Made by a program: the position numbers and the translations under genes. DNA of 62,005 nucleotides from Chara braunii (Eukaryota > Plantae > Charophyceae), in NCBI GenBank assembly GCA_003427395.1, contig BFEA01000002.1:2449022-2511026 (forward strand). Reading direction: 5' to 3'. The notes under the pieces are model-generated. The model searched no databases and was not told the origin of the DNA. It was given only the letters and a program-made list of their open reading frames with translations. Positions 14,177-25,616 of the stretch are shown piece after piece; the stretch's first letter is position 1, and the number at the start of each line of letters is the position of its first letter.

Positions 14177-15135
14177 ATGTCTCATATGTATAATGGTTTA
14201 ATAATGGTTTGGTTTTCGTGGCTAAAAAAATTAATAAATATTTGAAACTGCAGACAAAAAATAAAATATCTTCATGAAATCAAATATCCAGGAACAAATT
14301 TTTAACTATAAGCTGCAAAATCAATCATTTAGTCATTCACATTCAGTCAGTAACGAGGAACTTAAGAACCAGCTACTATTTTTTGCTTAATATCGTTGCA
14401 GGGACACCTGATCAGAGGTAAGTTATCAAAATTTTTGACAGAAAGATAAATAGACACTTCCTTTTTTGCTCTAGTACACACTAGATCAAGATGAAATTCT
14501 ATTGAAGGTCTTCAAGACCCGAGGGTGCCATTTGAACCCTCTCAACATCTTACCTCAGCAAGTAGTCTTAAAATAGCCTATGATTTCTTCAAAAAAAAAT
14601 TCACCTCAACCAAAATTTTGAACAATATCAGAAAGATTACAAAGAAATTGAGAGTTTTTTTGCCCCAGTAACGCAATCTCTCTATCAGGAGCAACAAAAG
14701 CACCTAGAAAGACCTCTAGCAATGAAAGAAATCTGGTCTGCCTTACTTAAGATGGAAAAAGAGAAAACGTCATGCATATACAAAATTGTTAAAGAAATTT
14801 GGGAAACCATATGGTCAATAGTTTCTTTAGACTTGGTATAATTCTTTTAGGAAATACAAGTGTCATAACAAATGGGGGAGATATTGGTGCAATACATCTT
14901 AACCCTCTTGTATAAAAATGGTGATAAAACTAACATTAGAAGTTAGAGACTCATTACCTTGCTTACTGTGGTTTATAAGATTTTGACAAAAACTTTGGCA
15001 AACCGTTTAATCCTTATTATGAAAGATATTATTCATCAATCTCAAACAGGTTTCATCAAAGGAAGACATATCCAAGATAACATTCTCTTAATCAATTAAA
15101 TGATCAAAATTTATAGGCAATAAAAACAAAACGGC

Positions 15136-15276
15136 AGTAACTTTTTCTCCCTTAAAAGGAGGTGATCCAGCCGCACCTTCCAGTACGGCTACCTTGTTAC
15201 GACTTCACTCCAGTCACTAGCCCTGCCTTCGATATCCCCCTCCTTACGTAATTTAAGGTTAGGGTAACGATTTCGG
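15136..15276 (-). pseudogene. rrn16: Plastid-derived 16S rRNA 3' end plus spacer (NUPT) inside the LINE RT region
   Basis: AAAGGAGGTGATCCAGCCGCACCTTCCAGTACGGCTACCTTGTTACGACTTCACTCCAGTCACTAGCCCTGCCTTC is the reverse complement of a plastid/cyanobacterial-type 16S 3' end. Flanked by ACGGC direct repeats (15131-15135, 15277-15281). Confidence 0.92.
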
Positions 15277-18124
15277 ACGGCCTTTGTGTTCATTGACTTC
15301 GGAAAGACTTATGATCATGTTGATTGGAGGTCTAGACGCTTGTCTTACAAAGATGAACTTTGGTCCTAATATGCGTAGGTTGATTCTTATTTTGCATCAC
15401 AGCGCTACGACAAGAGTTCAGATAAATGATCTTCTTTCACCAGCAATAGGACTTCAAAGGTCGGTGAGCCAATGAGACTCTCTGACCCTTTTTTTGTTTC
15501 TAATAATTATGGAGGCTCTAGGGGCTAACTTTAAAAAAAATCAAAATATTCAACAACTTCAGATATCTGAAATTTATGAAGACGCAATTCTTGTTACCTC
15601 AATGTTTGCTTATGAACTCACAATCATGATGGAGGCTTCATAGTCAAACATGATAGAAATCAAAGCCCTGGTGGACAAATTCGCTTAAGTTTTTAATATG
15701 GTTGTTAATGGGGGGAACAAAACACATGGTTGGTGAACTCATTCGACTCAGGATCGTCCAACAGAATAACCAAGGGCTAATTGGGTTCCCTTGAACTCCT
15801 AGTGCGAATTCTTGGAGTTTGTTTGACATACAAAAAAAAAACTTTCATTAACGATTAGTGAATTTCGAGATCGGCCTTAGAGAAAATAAATCAATAGAAA
15901 AATAAACATACCTCACTTTCGGGAGAGCCCTCATCATTAACAATGTCATCCTTGCCTCTATTTGGTACAAATCAGCACTTTGGTCTATGAGTAAAGAGCG
16001 TACAAAGACACTATAAAGGCAGATGAAAGCATTCTTATGAAGAGGAAACCATGAGTTGGAGAAAGATAATACCAAAAGTTGTCTGGTTGTCCTTGATTCA
16101 ACCAAAAACTAAAGGAGGTCTAGAAATTCTTGACCCATCCTTGCAATATAAAGCCTTGTCTCTACAATGGATTAAAAATCTAATATTGTTCATCGACAAG
16201 CCTTGGTAAGATTTAACACTGAAACAAATTCGCAAGTTTGCACCTTTTTCATTTGGGGATATGCACCCACTCACTTGGTTAGAAGACTGATATAGGCGAA
16301 TTCCTAAGGCACATGCACAGTTCAGAGGAGAGGGAGATAGGGATGCGGTTAGAAAAGATCTTATATGAGATGACTTGTGGGTCTCGCTGCTCAAAACTTG
16401 ACGCTTATTACCCGTACCCAATAAACCTTTTTCATCTCGATATGAGGAAGTATTGCAACAATGCATTTTTGACAATCAATGGATCACATACATAAATAGT
16501 TGAATTTTCAGTAGCTCAGTCTCACCTTAGACATTGTGGGTTAAGAGAGGGGTGGTGAGGATCAAAGATTTACAGGACCAGGAACGAAAGTCTGGAAATC
16601 GGTGGAACAACTGAGATAAACCTTGAGATATGCGCATCAACTAGCTGCTAATCTGGAACAAATTATCTTTTCTATACCTTTGGATTGGGTCAAAACATTA
16701 AGACAGAGACCTAAGATTAAGTAGGCGGATTGGGTTGCAGGATTCCGTCAGGTGATCAACAACTAATTGGTCAGGTTGTTCACACTTTTTCTCATGAAGC
16801 CTATGTGAGTATCTTTAAATCCACGAGGGACCACCTCTTGGTACAGTCTCCCTTCAATATAGTCGAAGTCTTTCCCGTCACAAAACTTTACAAAATAGAG
16901 TCCTTTATATCTCATCAATTAACGGTTGAAAAACCTACCATCCTCAAATTTTTATCCCTGTACTTTCCTTTGACCCAACAAAATGGATATGGTAGACTTC
17001 AAAAAGAGGGAAACCAAGTGTTTTACAATCTCTATTTGTTAAAACAACCTATGGGTAACTTCGTATCAGGATAGACACTTCAACAATAGTTCAAGAAAGG
17101 TAGGCTAGGCATCTTATCTAAATATTGATATAAACTTGATGAGGAACATAAAGGTTTTCAATAATATTACAGAGAGACCAACCAAGTTTTCTTCCCTTCA
17201 ATAACAGATAGTCAATCGCTGTCTTCCAACGAATGATTGACTCATAGCTCATTCCTCACTTGAGCAGAGAGACCTAGCAACACCTTGGTGTAGTTCCTGT
17301 TTAACAACATTCCCGATTAGGAAATTTAGAAAAACTATAGAATATATATTTTATGCAATATCCAGGCTCAGTTCCTCTTTGAAGAAGATGAGACTGTACA
17401 TGGAGGGGCCAAACAGAGATAGAATGGGCTTGGTACTGGAAGTCAATTTTATTAGGACATCCCAAAATATCACACTTTCTATTTTTATAGACAACCTTTT
17501 CATAATTGGTCGCAAGGCAGTATTATGGACCTTATGGTATAAAAGATGCGTCCTGGCTAGGGAAGGGGTGTGTTTGGAAGGAGCAAAGGTATCCGATCAT
17601 GTTTTACAATTTGTACAAACGGAAATCAGAGTGCAGTGGTTTGAAGTTATGTTAATTCATCTTAAGCAAAAAAAAACTATTAAACAAACAATTCAGGTAT
17701 TCGCAATGGATTGGCTAGAAGGGTCTGTAGGGAGGAGTCTATTGGAGGTTTACATGGCTAGGGGCGAAAGGGATGGAAGATTCTCTAAAAAGGGATTACC
17801 AGCGCAGCTTCTGAGAATGGTTCAAACTTTTTCCAGGGGTCATCCTCAAAACTCCAATTTTTTTTCCAAACCTTTTTCCCTCATTTGAGCTATCACTTGT
17901 GGATCTATAGTGGTTTGGATTGGGGGTGGATTGAATGGGTTTTATAAGAAAGGATAATCAGGGTTGCTGGCTTGTTTGTTATATCTGGCAGTCCCAAGAG
18001 GACTGAAGAGGCAACCATACCCGTAAGCATCATTCCAAAATTCTCAGGTACCAACTGTTATATGTATATGGGACATTGAACCCATTTTTCAATAGGTGTT
18101 GCTCCCCCACCAAAAGATGGGAGC

Positions 18125-18157
<33 letters not shown>

Positions 18158-18929
18158 TTGAACATATTTTTATGCAATGCACATCTTTAGTACTAACATG
18201 GAGATGGCGGGATAGGGTACAAAGACAGATGGCCCCTGAGCTGGAAGACGATTTTGATGGGGCACCACCCGGAACTGCAGACATATACATTCTAGGGTAA
18301 CATGTTATGGTTGGGGAGAAGAACGGTCCTCTGAGTTCTAGGGTGGCAAAGATGTGCGTTGGCCATAGAAGGGGCGAATGTGGAAGGGGAGAGAGAAAGT
18401 AGCAAATTAAGCATCAAATTCATTTGGAGCTTATGTGGATGTGGCCGAAGACGAGTCAGACTGTCCGGTAGTTGCATACACCAAAAGATATAGCCACACA
18501 TATAACTCGCTTCTGCCGAGATTGGTTGGCGGGGGAGTGGGAGAGGTGGATTGCAAAGGTGGTAAGGTCGGGGGATAGGACAAAGGGGGAATACTATGGG
18601 GGAGGCGACAGAGGAATAGAAGTTGCTCGTTATTATTGTTTTATCTTCAGACTCGACGAAGGTCGAACCCAACGTACCACTGAGATCAACAGAGGAATTT
18701 CAAAACCCATTTCCCCCACATCCGCTGGCGTTGGAAGTGAGCCTGCAATAGGTGGACCGGGGGGTATGAAAGAAGCTAATAAAGACAAAATGAAAGAGGG
18801 CTATACGAGGGACCGTGCCCCTTGTCGCTTGTACCCACCTCGCGAGAACCCATGTTGAATGTGCATTTTGAAATAGGATCATTTTGATTTAGGATCATTT
18901 TAAAATAGGATCATTTTGAAATAGGATCT

Positions 18930-19700
18930 ACCAGGGGTTGGTTGTATCCGGGGAAAAGGTAGATCTCACAATACATAGAATCTCTGATATGCAACCACAT
19001 ACCCCCTGCAACGTCCCGTACCCGTGAGAGCAGAGTAATTGGGGCGTGACCGAGGATGTTGGGCAGGGGTTGAACTGCCGGGGCAAAACTGGGGATCTTG
19101 CCTTAGTCCTGAGGGTCTTTCTAGAAACATTCGATGACAAGGACAGTTGCAAAATTGCAGAAATTAGAGAACTGGGGCAGGACATAAGCAAAACCCTGCC
19201 TTGGGACTTAAAAACCCATATGCAACTCATCTCTACTCCAAAAGTAACTGCAAAATTTCCATTGAAAAAAACGAATCGGACGCATATTCTACGTCAAGTT
19301 AACGCCGTCATTTTCGTGGGGACCAACTTGAAGGAGAAAAGGGACACATTAAGCATCCGAATTGGGCCTGTGAGCCCATCCGATCAGCTCGATTTTTCAT
19401 CGTCCAATGGAGGAGCTCTTGTGTTGAGGTAGAGATCCGGGAAGCAGATAGATCATTCGTAGTACCCCAACACCAACCTCCACCAAGAACGCGAGTTTCC
19501 TACTCGACACCAACAATAGTTAAATTTTGCGTTCCTATGCTCCTGAAGGTCCCGCAGTGGCGGCGAAACCGCAACAAAACAACCGTCGTAACGAATCTTA
19601 GCGGCGAGGGAGCACATCGATCCGCCCTTGCATGACAGTTGCCCTGTGGAACTCTCGCATGAGCCACCTAACATTGCGGCTCCTCAAGACAACAATATCT
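18930..19700 (-). repeat. Diverged copy of the 2250-3700 decayed coding-like repeat
   Basis: Collinear similarity with 2250-3700. One minus frame reads QGFAYVLPQFSNFCNFATVLVIECF*KDPQD*GKIPSFAPAVQPLPNILGHAPITLLSRVRD with scattered stops. Confidence 0.6.
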
Positions 19701-20090
19701 TAAGAACACACAGTAACACAACAATCAGACAACTGCTTGCTCTACGTCTTTGAGACTACAAGTGTCACCACGTTCTCCAAACGACCGCATGTGCGAAGGA
19801 GTCACCGACCTTTTGGCCCACAGTCGAACGCCAAGCCTCAGCTTGTACCCCCGTCGAAAGGCCGACAACCATCCACAGAAGAAAGGCGCTGGTATGGCAC
19901 CGATGGATGAAATAAAAGCAGTAAACGCAATGCCAGTCAGGGCATACACCGACCATCTGCTACAGGTATACACCGGTCAGCACCTCGACTGTGACGATGC
20001 GGTCTTTCTACCTGCAGCTTAACGATCGACGCCATCTGCTAGCATCTGCGGCAACAATCCCATAGTACGTGTAGTTTGGCACTATAACTT

Positions 20091-20734
20091 GAACAGCAAT
20101 TTCGTCAAAACGGACATATTATATTTTTTGAACGAAATTGAAATTGAGTTTTTGGGTCGAAATCCGGTCCAAATTTTTGGCTCCGAGGCAGAGACTAGAT
20201 ACATCTAGGAGGTCCGGCGTTCTGGGAATGCCGGATCCCCACGAGCTAAAAATTTGGATCGGATTCTGGCCAAAAAAACCTAGGTTACCAATGGTCCGGG
20301 GGCCGGTCGTCTCCCCCGGATGTCTCCCCCATATGTCCGGTACCCTCGTCGTCCGGAAAAAAAAGGTTTTTTTTTCGCAATTTTTTTTTTTTTTTTTTTT
20401 TCGGTTTTTGATTCTTAACTAATGATTGGCTGCAAATTTGAACATGACTCCAAGGCAAAAGTTGCTACTCCAAGGCAAAAGTTGCTTGTATTGTTATGTT
20501 ACGTAACGTATTTTTTTTTCAGATTTTTCTGAGAACTGGTTTTTTTTTTTTTTTTTTTTTTTTGCGCTAGGTTGGAGAACCCCTGTCCGATCGGGCGTCC
20601 GACCAGACGTCCGGTCGGACATCCCGGATGGTCAGGGGGGTCCCAGACGTCCGATCCAACAACCTAGAATTTCAATTTCGTTCAAAAAATAATATATCAT
20701 ATTAATATGTCCGTTTTGACGAAATGGCTGTTCT
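20091..20734. mobile_element. MITE with ~55-bp TIRs, containing a nested hAT-like MITE (~20280-20667)
   Basis: GAACAGCAATTTCGTCAAAACGGACATATT...AACGAAATTGAAATT is inverted at 20668-20734. Inner element has CTAGGTT...AACCTAG ends and GTCCGG repeats. No clear TSD. Confidence 0.75.
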
Positions 20735-21711
20735 TGGTCTTCAGCTCATCCCGCATCGCCTGGTCTGCCTCCAGAGGCCACCAACACAGGTGAGCCCTTT
20801 CAACTTTGCTCAACACTCAATCATTAGTGAAAAGTTCAGCAAAGGAACACAGTCGTGTTAGAAACATAGTGGGAGAGAAACTCCAATAACCATAGTAGAA
20901 GTATAGTTACTCATAGCAAAACAGGAACAGGCGACGCCTGGTTGGGTCCCAGAGGTCTGTGTTTTCGGCAGCCACAATACCGAGGTCTGTAGAACAACAG
21001 CCTTATTGGTGGGGCCACACACGTACCGAATCCGAAATTCAACAGTAACTGCCCACTGTTTATGACGACCGGTCGCTTCATTTTCTCAATCGTGACACTG
21101 ACCTTAAGGGGCGAACGACATGGTTTGAAAGAAAGACAACAATGCGAAACCTCAAGGAACTGCAGTACCTAGGATACAACGGCAACAACGGTGTCGGGGC
21201 AAAAACCTTGACAAGGGTATTTGCCGGGGTTTTTCAACGTCAGACACTGTCTGATCTTTTCGTTGAATTGAAGGACTTGATGAGACTGACGTTTGCTAAA
21301 CGTTTATTCAGACCTGACCTATGACTGAGAAACTAAGAATTTTTAGACTTTAGTCCGGACGCGTGTGACGTCCAGAGGTATCGGATGTGAACGACAAGGC
21401 TATGCTTTTGTCGAAGCCGCAGAAAAGTGCGGATAAAGAAATGCTAAAATTAAACCTATCCTACCTATAAACAGCCGCGCGATTCAGGGCCCAAGTAGGC
21501 TCGAAGAGGCTGGCCGCGGCACAGTCAGGATGAGCCGCCCGATTGAATGGGCTGCAGTGTGTGTGTTGCAAGACCAGGAGGCCGCCGTACCGATAGCGGC
21601 GCAGCCGGCTTTGGGAGAGGAGGCCGACAAGGCCTGCCTATGGCCGTGGCTGGGTAGTCTGCTGGGCTGCTACCCTTCATATAGAAGGGTAGCATGCTTA
21701 GCTTCCATGAA

Positions 21712-21785
21712 AAGGAGTTAGCCCAGTAGGTTACCATGCCAAACTGTCACCCAACTGATACCGGGATCGAGCCTGAAATGATTCG
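21712..21785 (+). pseudogene. tRNA-Asp-derived sequence (SINE-like head)
   Basis: A-box-like TAGCCCAGTAGG, Asp anticodon loop CTGTCAC (21744-21750), B-box-like GGATCGAGCC, and T5 at ~21804. Stems are decayed. Confidence 0.5.
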
Positions 21786-21886
21786 CCTACTGGTGCTAGC
21801 CCCTTTTTGGAGCAGATCAGTGTACCCGAGCGCGGTCAATTTCAACCGCGAGATCGTCATGATCGCGCGGCCGAAATCGGCCACGC

Positions 21887-21951
21887 AGATTAGCATGGCC
21901 CCTGCGCAAGGATGACACGTACAAATCGAGGAACGGCCCAATTTTTTTTTT
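21887..21951 (+). pseudogene. U6: 3' half of U6 snRNA (5'-truncated, lacks ACAGAGA box)
   Basis: AGATTAGCATGGCCCCTGCGCAAGGATGACACGTACAAATCGAGGAACGGCCCAATTTT closely matches plant U6. Confidence 0.93.
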
Positions 21952-21959
21952 CGATTCCC

Positions 21960-22032
21960 CGAAGGGCCGAAGGGAATTGAACTCGGGTCTGTATTTCAAC
22001 AAGACCCCTGCCGTTGGCATAAGCCAATGGCC
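21960..22032 (-). pseudogene. tRNA-like relic
   Basis: Minus strand has GACCCGAGTTCAATTCCC (T-arm/B-box) with an upstream TGGCTTATGCC. Isotype not assignable. Confidence 0.35.
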
Positions 22033-22309
22033 TTAATATGGTTGTGCCAGATGACGTCCAGGAAGAGACACCTGAGGACTGTAGTCCTCAGCAAGTTTCA
22101 GAGGGCGCCCGTTTTCAACGGGCAGCCGTTTTTTATCCCAGGTAAGGTGGTTTCGTTTTTCTGTTTTTTTTTTTTTTTTTTTAGATTCTTAGATTTTCCT
22201 TTTAGATTTTTTCCTAGATTTAGTTTAGATTTTTTTTTTTTTTTGTCTTTTTTTGTCTTTTAGTTAGGGCACCCATTCGTTCGAATGACCAGGGCGAAGC
22301 ATGACTGCG

Positions 22310-22368
22310 CCAGACTGTTTCGACGGACTCACACCGATTCATCAGCAGGTTGAACCTCGACGGTCTGG
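22310..22368 (-). ncRNA. Type III hammerhead ribozyme (partly decayed)
   Basis: Minus strand: CCAGACC-GTC^-GAGG TTCAA CCTG-CTGATGA-ATCGG TGTGAGT CCGTC-GAAA-CAGTCTGG. Core boxes intact, stems I-III recognisable with mismatches. Confidence 0.85.
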
Positions 22369-22465
22369 GCAACGGTTGAGCGATAAAGCGCCTGAACCTA
22401 GCGCTTATGGTGCCTAGGTACAGGCACATAGTAGAAGATACAGGGAGGGCGGAAAAGACTGTGCA

Positions 22466-22520
22466 AGGCTGTTTCGTCGGACTTTCACTGACTCATAAGG
22501 GGGTTGCACCCCGACAATCT
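22466..22520 (-). ncRNA. Type III hammerhead ribozyme (core mutated to CTTATGA)
   Basis: Minus strand: AGATT-GTC^-GGGG TGCAA CCCC-CTTATGA-GTCAG TGAAAGT CCGAC-GAAA-CAGCCT. Confidence 0.85.
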
Positions 22521-22777
22521 GGGGTAGGTAGAGCAAAAACGAATGAATCTCCCGCCAGAACGCGGAAGAATACATCCGCCTCATGCAGTGGCCAAACCAT
22601 TGCTGCTGCTGCGGCCGCTGAGGTAAGTTTTTATTTTTCTTTTTCTCTTCTTTTTTTTTATTCATTTTGTTCCTTCTTTTTCGTGCGTTGCTGTTGAATC
22701 ACGATCAACATGGTAAAACGGAAAGGGCAAAAACGAATCATTAAAAACTGTAAAAAAAAAAAAAAAAAAAAAAAAAA

Positions 22778-22887
22778 NNNNNNNNNNNNNNNNNNNNNNN
22801 NNNNNNNNNNNNNNNNNNNNNNNNNNNNNNNNNNNNNNNNNNNNNNNNNNNNNNNNNNNNNNNNNNNNNNNNNNNNNNNNNNNNNNN
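22778..22887. other. Assembly gap flanked by poly(A); other gaps at 32405-32439, 34289 and 40665-40729
   Basis: N runs in the sequence. Confidence 1.
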
Positions 22888-23062
22888 AAAAAAAAAAAAA
22901 AAAGGAAGAAACAAAACAGAAACGAGGCAACTGCCTCGTAGGGGGGAAAACGAAGAACAGTCCTTCGGACTGTGTGGGAGCACAAAGGCTTCCACTCCGT
23001 TTTTGACCAAACTACTGTGGCCGCGAGATGTTGAATCTCGCGGCCCACAGTACAAGCATGGA

Positions 23063-23064
<2 letters not shown>

Positions 23065-23152
<88 letters not shown>
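23065..23152. repeat. (GA)n microsatellite; others at ~28868, ~34566, ~52255, ~55040 and ~60185
   Basis: Seen directly. Confidence 0.98.
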
Positions 23153-23155
<3 letters not shown>

Positions 23156-24094
23156 CGTGGGAGCTGGGAGGGGGAGGTCCTACTCCTCACATCCTGCCAA
23201 CTGCCTTCCTGTTATCAGGGTAGGACAGCAAAGAAAAAGGAAGGGGGTTGTTGCATGCAACAACATGCACCTGGCCAAGGTAAAAGCCAGGTGCAGTAAA
23301 AATTAGGAAGTTAGTTTTGCTTTCTTTTCTTTTCTTTATTTTGTGTGAGGACACTTGTCCTCACGTGGTGCTACCTCTGGCAGAAGCTGCCAGAGGTAAC
23401 TGTTTGGCTCCCGTTTTTGAAGGGAGCCTGGAAATTGAAGAGCCACTAAGGAAAAGGCTAAGTGCAGCCTTTTCCCCAATGTATCTGCCCTGGAAAAAGG
23501 GTCCGGATACATCGAACTGAAAAGGGTTGTATCTTTTCAACCCTTTATCAGAAAAATAAAAGAAAAACAGATTTGGAAATGGCAGGAGCCCAGCTATCTC
23601 GCCAGATTCCGAGATAGAAAGAAAAATAAAATAAGGGCACTTGAAGAAACTGCCCCACACTAAAGTTGTGGCTGTGGTGCGGCCACAGTCAGCCTTAGAT
23701 CCTGGCAGATCAAGGGTTCACAGTGAGCCCACGATTTTGCCTAGGGGCCGGAGTGACGTCCAACCCTCCTCAGCCAATATAAAATAGGCAGCTGCCCCCC
23801 AGCTGCCACACAATGCACTCGTGTTGCCAGTGTGTGACGAACACACTTGAGTGCTGCTAGCTGCTGGAGCTGCAGCCTGAGGCAACGTGAGGAGGAAGCT
23901 GGAGACCTGCAGAGGAGCGCAAGGAGGAGTTGGGCAGCCATAGCCAAGGCAGGGAGCACTCTGCTCCCCTCCCCTCTGGCTGGTGCTGGTCCCACGGGAC
24001 AGACCCAGGGACACTGCGGGACTACGGCAGTGCGGCTAAGTGGAATTTTGGCCTGGAGCCCAAATTTTATTAATTTTGGCCTGCCATTTTCTCA

Positions 24095-24490
24095 CTGCGG
24101 TGGGGAAGTGCTGCCGAATTTTTGTGGCGGCGACACTAAGATTTACGGCGGTGGTAAGGAGGTGCTGCCGAATTTTTGCAGCGGCGACAGCGGTGGTACG
24201 AAAGTGCTGGCTAATTTCTACGGCGGCGGCACTAAGTTTTACGGCGGTGGTGCGGAAGCGCTGCCGAATTTTTGCGGCAGCGACTCCGATTTTTTGGCGG
24301 TGGTGCGGAAGCGCTCTCGGATTTTTGCGGCGGCGATTCCAGTTTTTCGGCGGTGGTGAGGAAGCGCTGCCGGATTTTTGCGGCGGCGACTCCGTTTTTT
24401 TCGGCGGTAGTGGGGAAGCGCTGCCGAATTTTTGCGGCGGCGACTCCGGTTTTTACGGCGGTAGTGCAGAGACGTTACCGAATTATTGCA
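24095..24490. repeat. Minisatellite of ~48-57 bp units, core GCGGTGGTGCGGAAGCGCTGCCGAATTTTTGCGGCGGCGAC
   Basis: About 8 degenerate tandem copies. Confidence 0.95.
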
Positions 24491-25616
24491 AGGTGATCAG
24501 TGTTGAGAGGGTACCCTGGCAAGCGGTCGTCAAAGGAAGTAGTGTCGATCACTTTGGTGAGTCGGTGGTGACGACTGGGTGCGACAACCTTCTCGTCAGG
24601 AAAGCGTACTTCTATACGGTTTTTCTTGAGTGTACCGTTCAAACTTCACTCAAGGTCAGTTAACCTGATTCAGTTCCCTTCACACTCCCTTCACACCTGT
24701 GTGAACCCACACTTGCTTGACCTGGTTCTCTGAACATTCATTGGAAAGGAAAAGGACATGTGTGTTTGCCTGTGTGAAGGAGAGTGTGACGATGACAAAG
24801 GGTTGTATGGTGGGCTATTTGTGGCTTGGTTTGATTGCAGGTACGACATGTGTACTGAGATGGATAAGAGTGGCGATGGTGAAAGAATGGTTGTCTTCTC
24901 ATCTCTATGCTTGTGGATGCGTGTAAACTATAGTGAAAAGAAGACGACAAAAAATAATCGATCACAAAGAAGAAAAACCTGGATGAACATAGATTTTCTC
25001 CCAAGCTCACCTATTCTTTCCCGAATGACCTCTTCGTCTATGCCGGTCTGTCTAAATGACTTTCTTTTTTGTGCTCTTTCTTTCTTTCGTCTGAGTTACT
25101 CTTGACGTCAGGCGGCAGGAGTTGCTTATCCGCCATGTAGGTGCTTTTTCCTTTTTCTATGAGGCATCTGGGGCAGGGGTTCGTTGCCTTAGGGGCCGGC
25201 CCTGTTATCGACTCAGAGTGGACCGCTTTGCGGGGGGGTACCATGCCGATTCGGTGGAGACGACCCGACTTTTGAGATCCGAGTCGTGTGCTCGGCCGAG
25301 GAGGAGGAGTATCCCAGACCACCTCCTAGGGGATGGACAAAAGTGTCTGCACGGACGGACTCAAAGCTCTTGGTGCTTTGCGTAATGAGAAACTATTATA
25401 GTTACCCTTTTGATGGCCATATTAGGATCCATCGACATATGGGGAACTGGTGCCATAAGCAGCCCAGTTCATGTCATATTAAGTTCAAGAAGAGTGCAGT
25501 TAGACACTCCTTTCGTGGATGATCGCGCCATAAGAAGCACGATCCGGATAGGAAGATGGATGCCTGAATAACGTCCAGTGATAAAAATTTTAACTTAATT
25601 ATTCTCGTCTTTTCAG

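Larger units (their letters stand above)
8450..18150 (+). mobile_element. Decayed near-full-length L1/Tx1-like LINE (ORF1, APE endonuclease, RT, zf-RVT); ends approximate
   Basis: ORF1 knuckle-like LRCKAYGHL (~10470). Endonuclease motifs SLNVNG (~12760), MAGDFNA (~13183), YDTYRRIFP (~13487) and DHKM (~13655). RT motifs ITLLTVVYKILTKTLANRL..IIHQSQTGFIKGRHIQDN (14950-15085), FIDFGKTYD (15289), a decayed RGVRQGDPLSP (~15457) and GGLEI (~16113). Many stops and frameshifts. Confidence 0.9.

Noticed and set aside
21887-21951. Functional U6 gene
   Set aside because: The 5' stem-loop and ACAGAGA box are missing.
23847-24663. 170-207 aa repetitive ORFs
   Set aside because: They arise from a stop-poor GC-rich minisatellite that is open in several frames.
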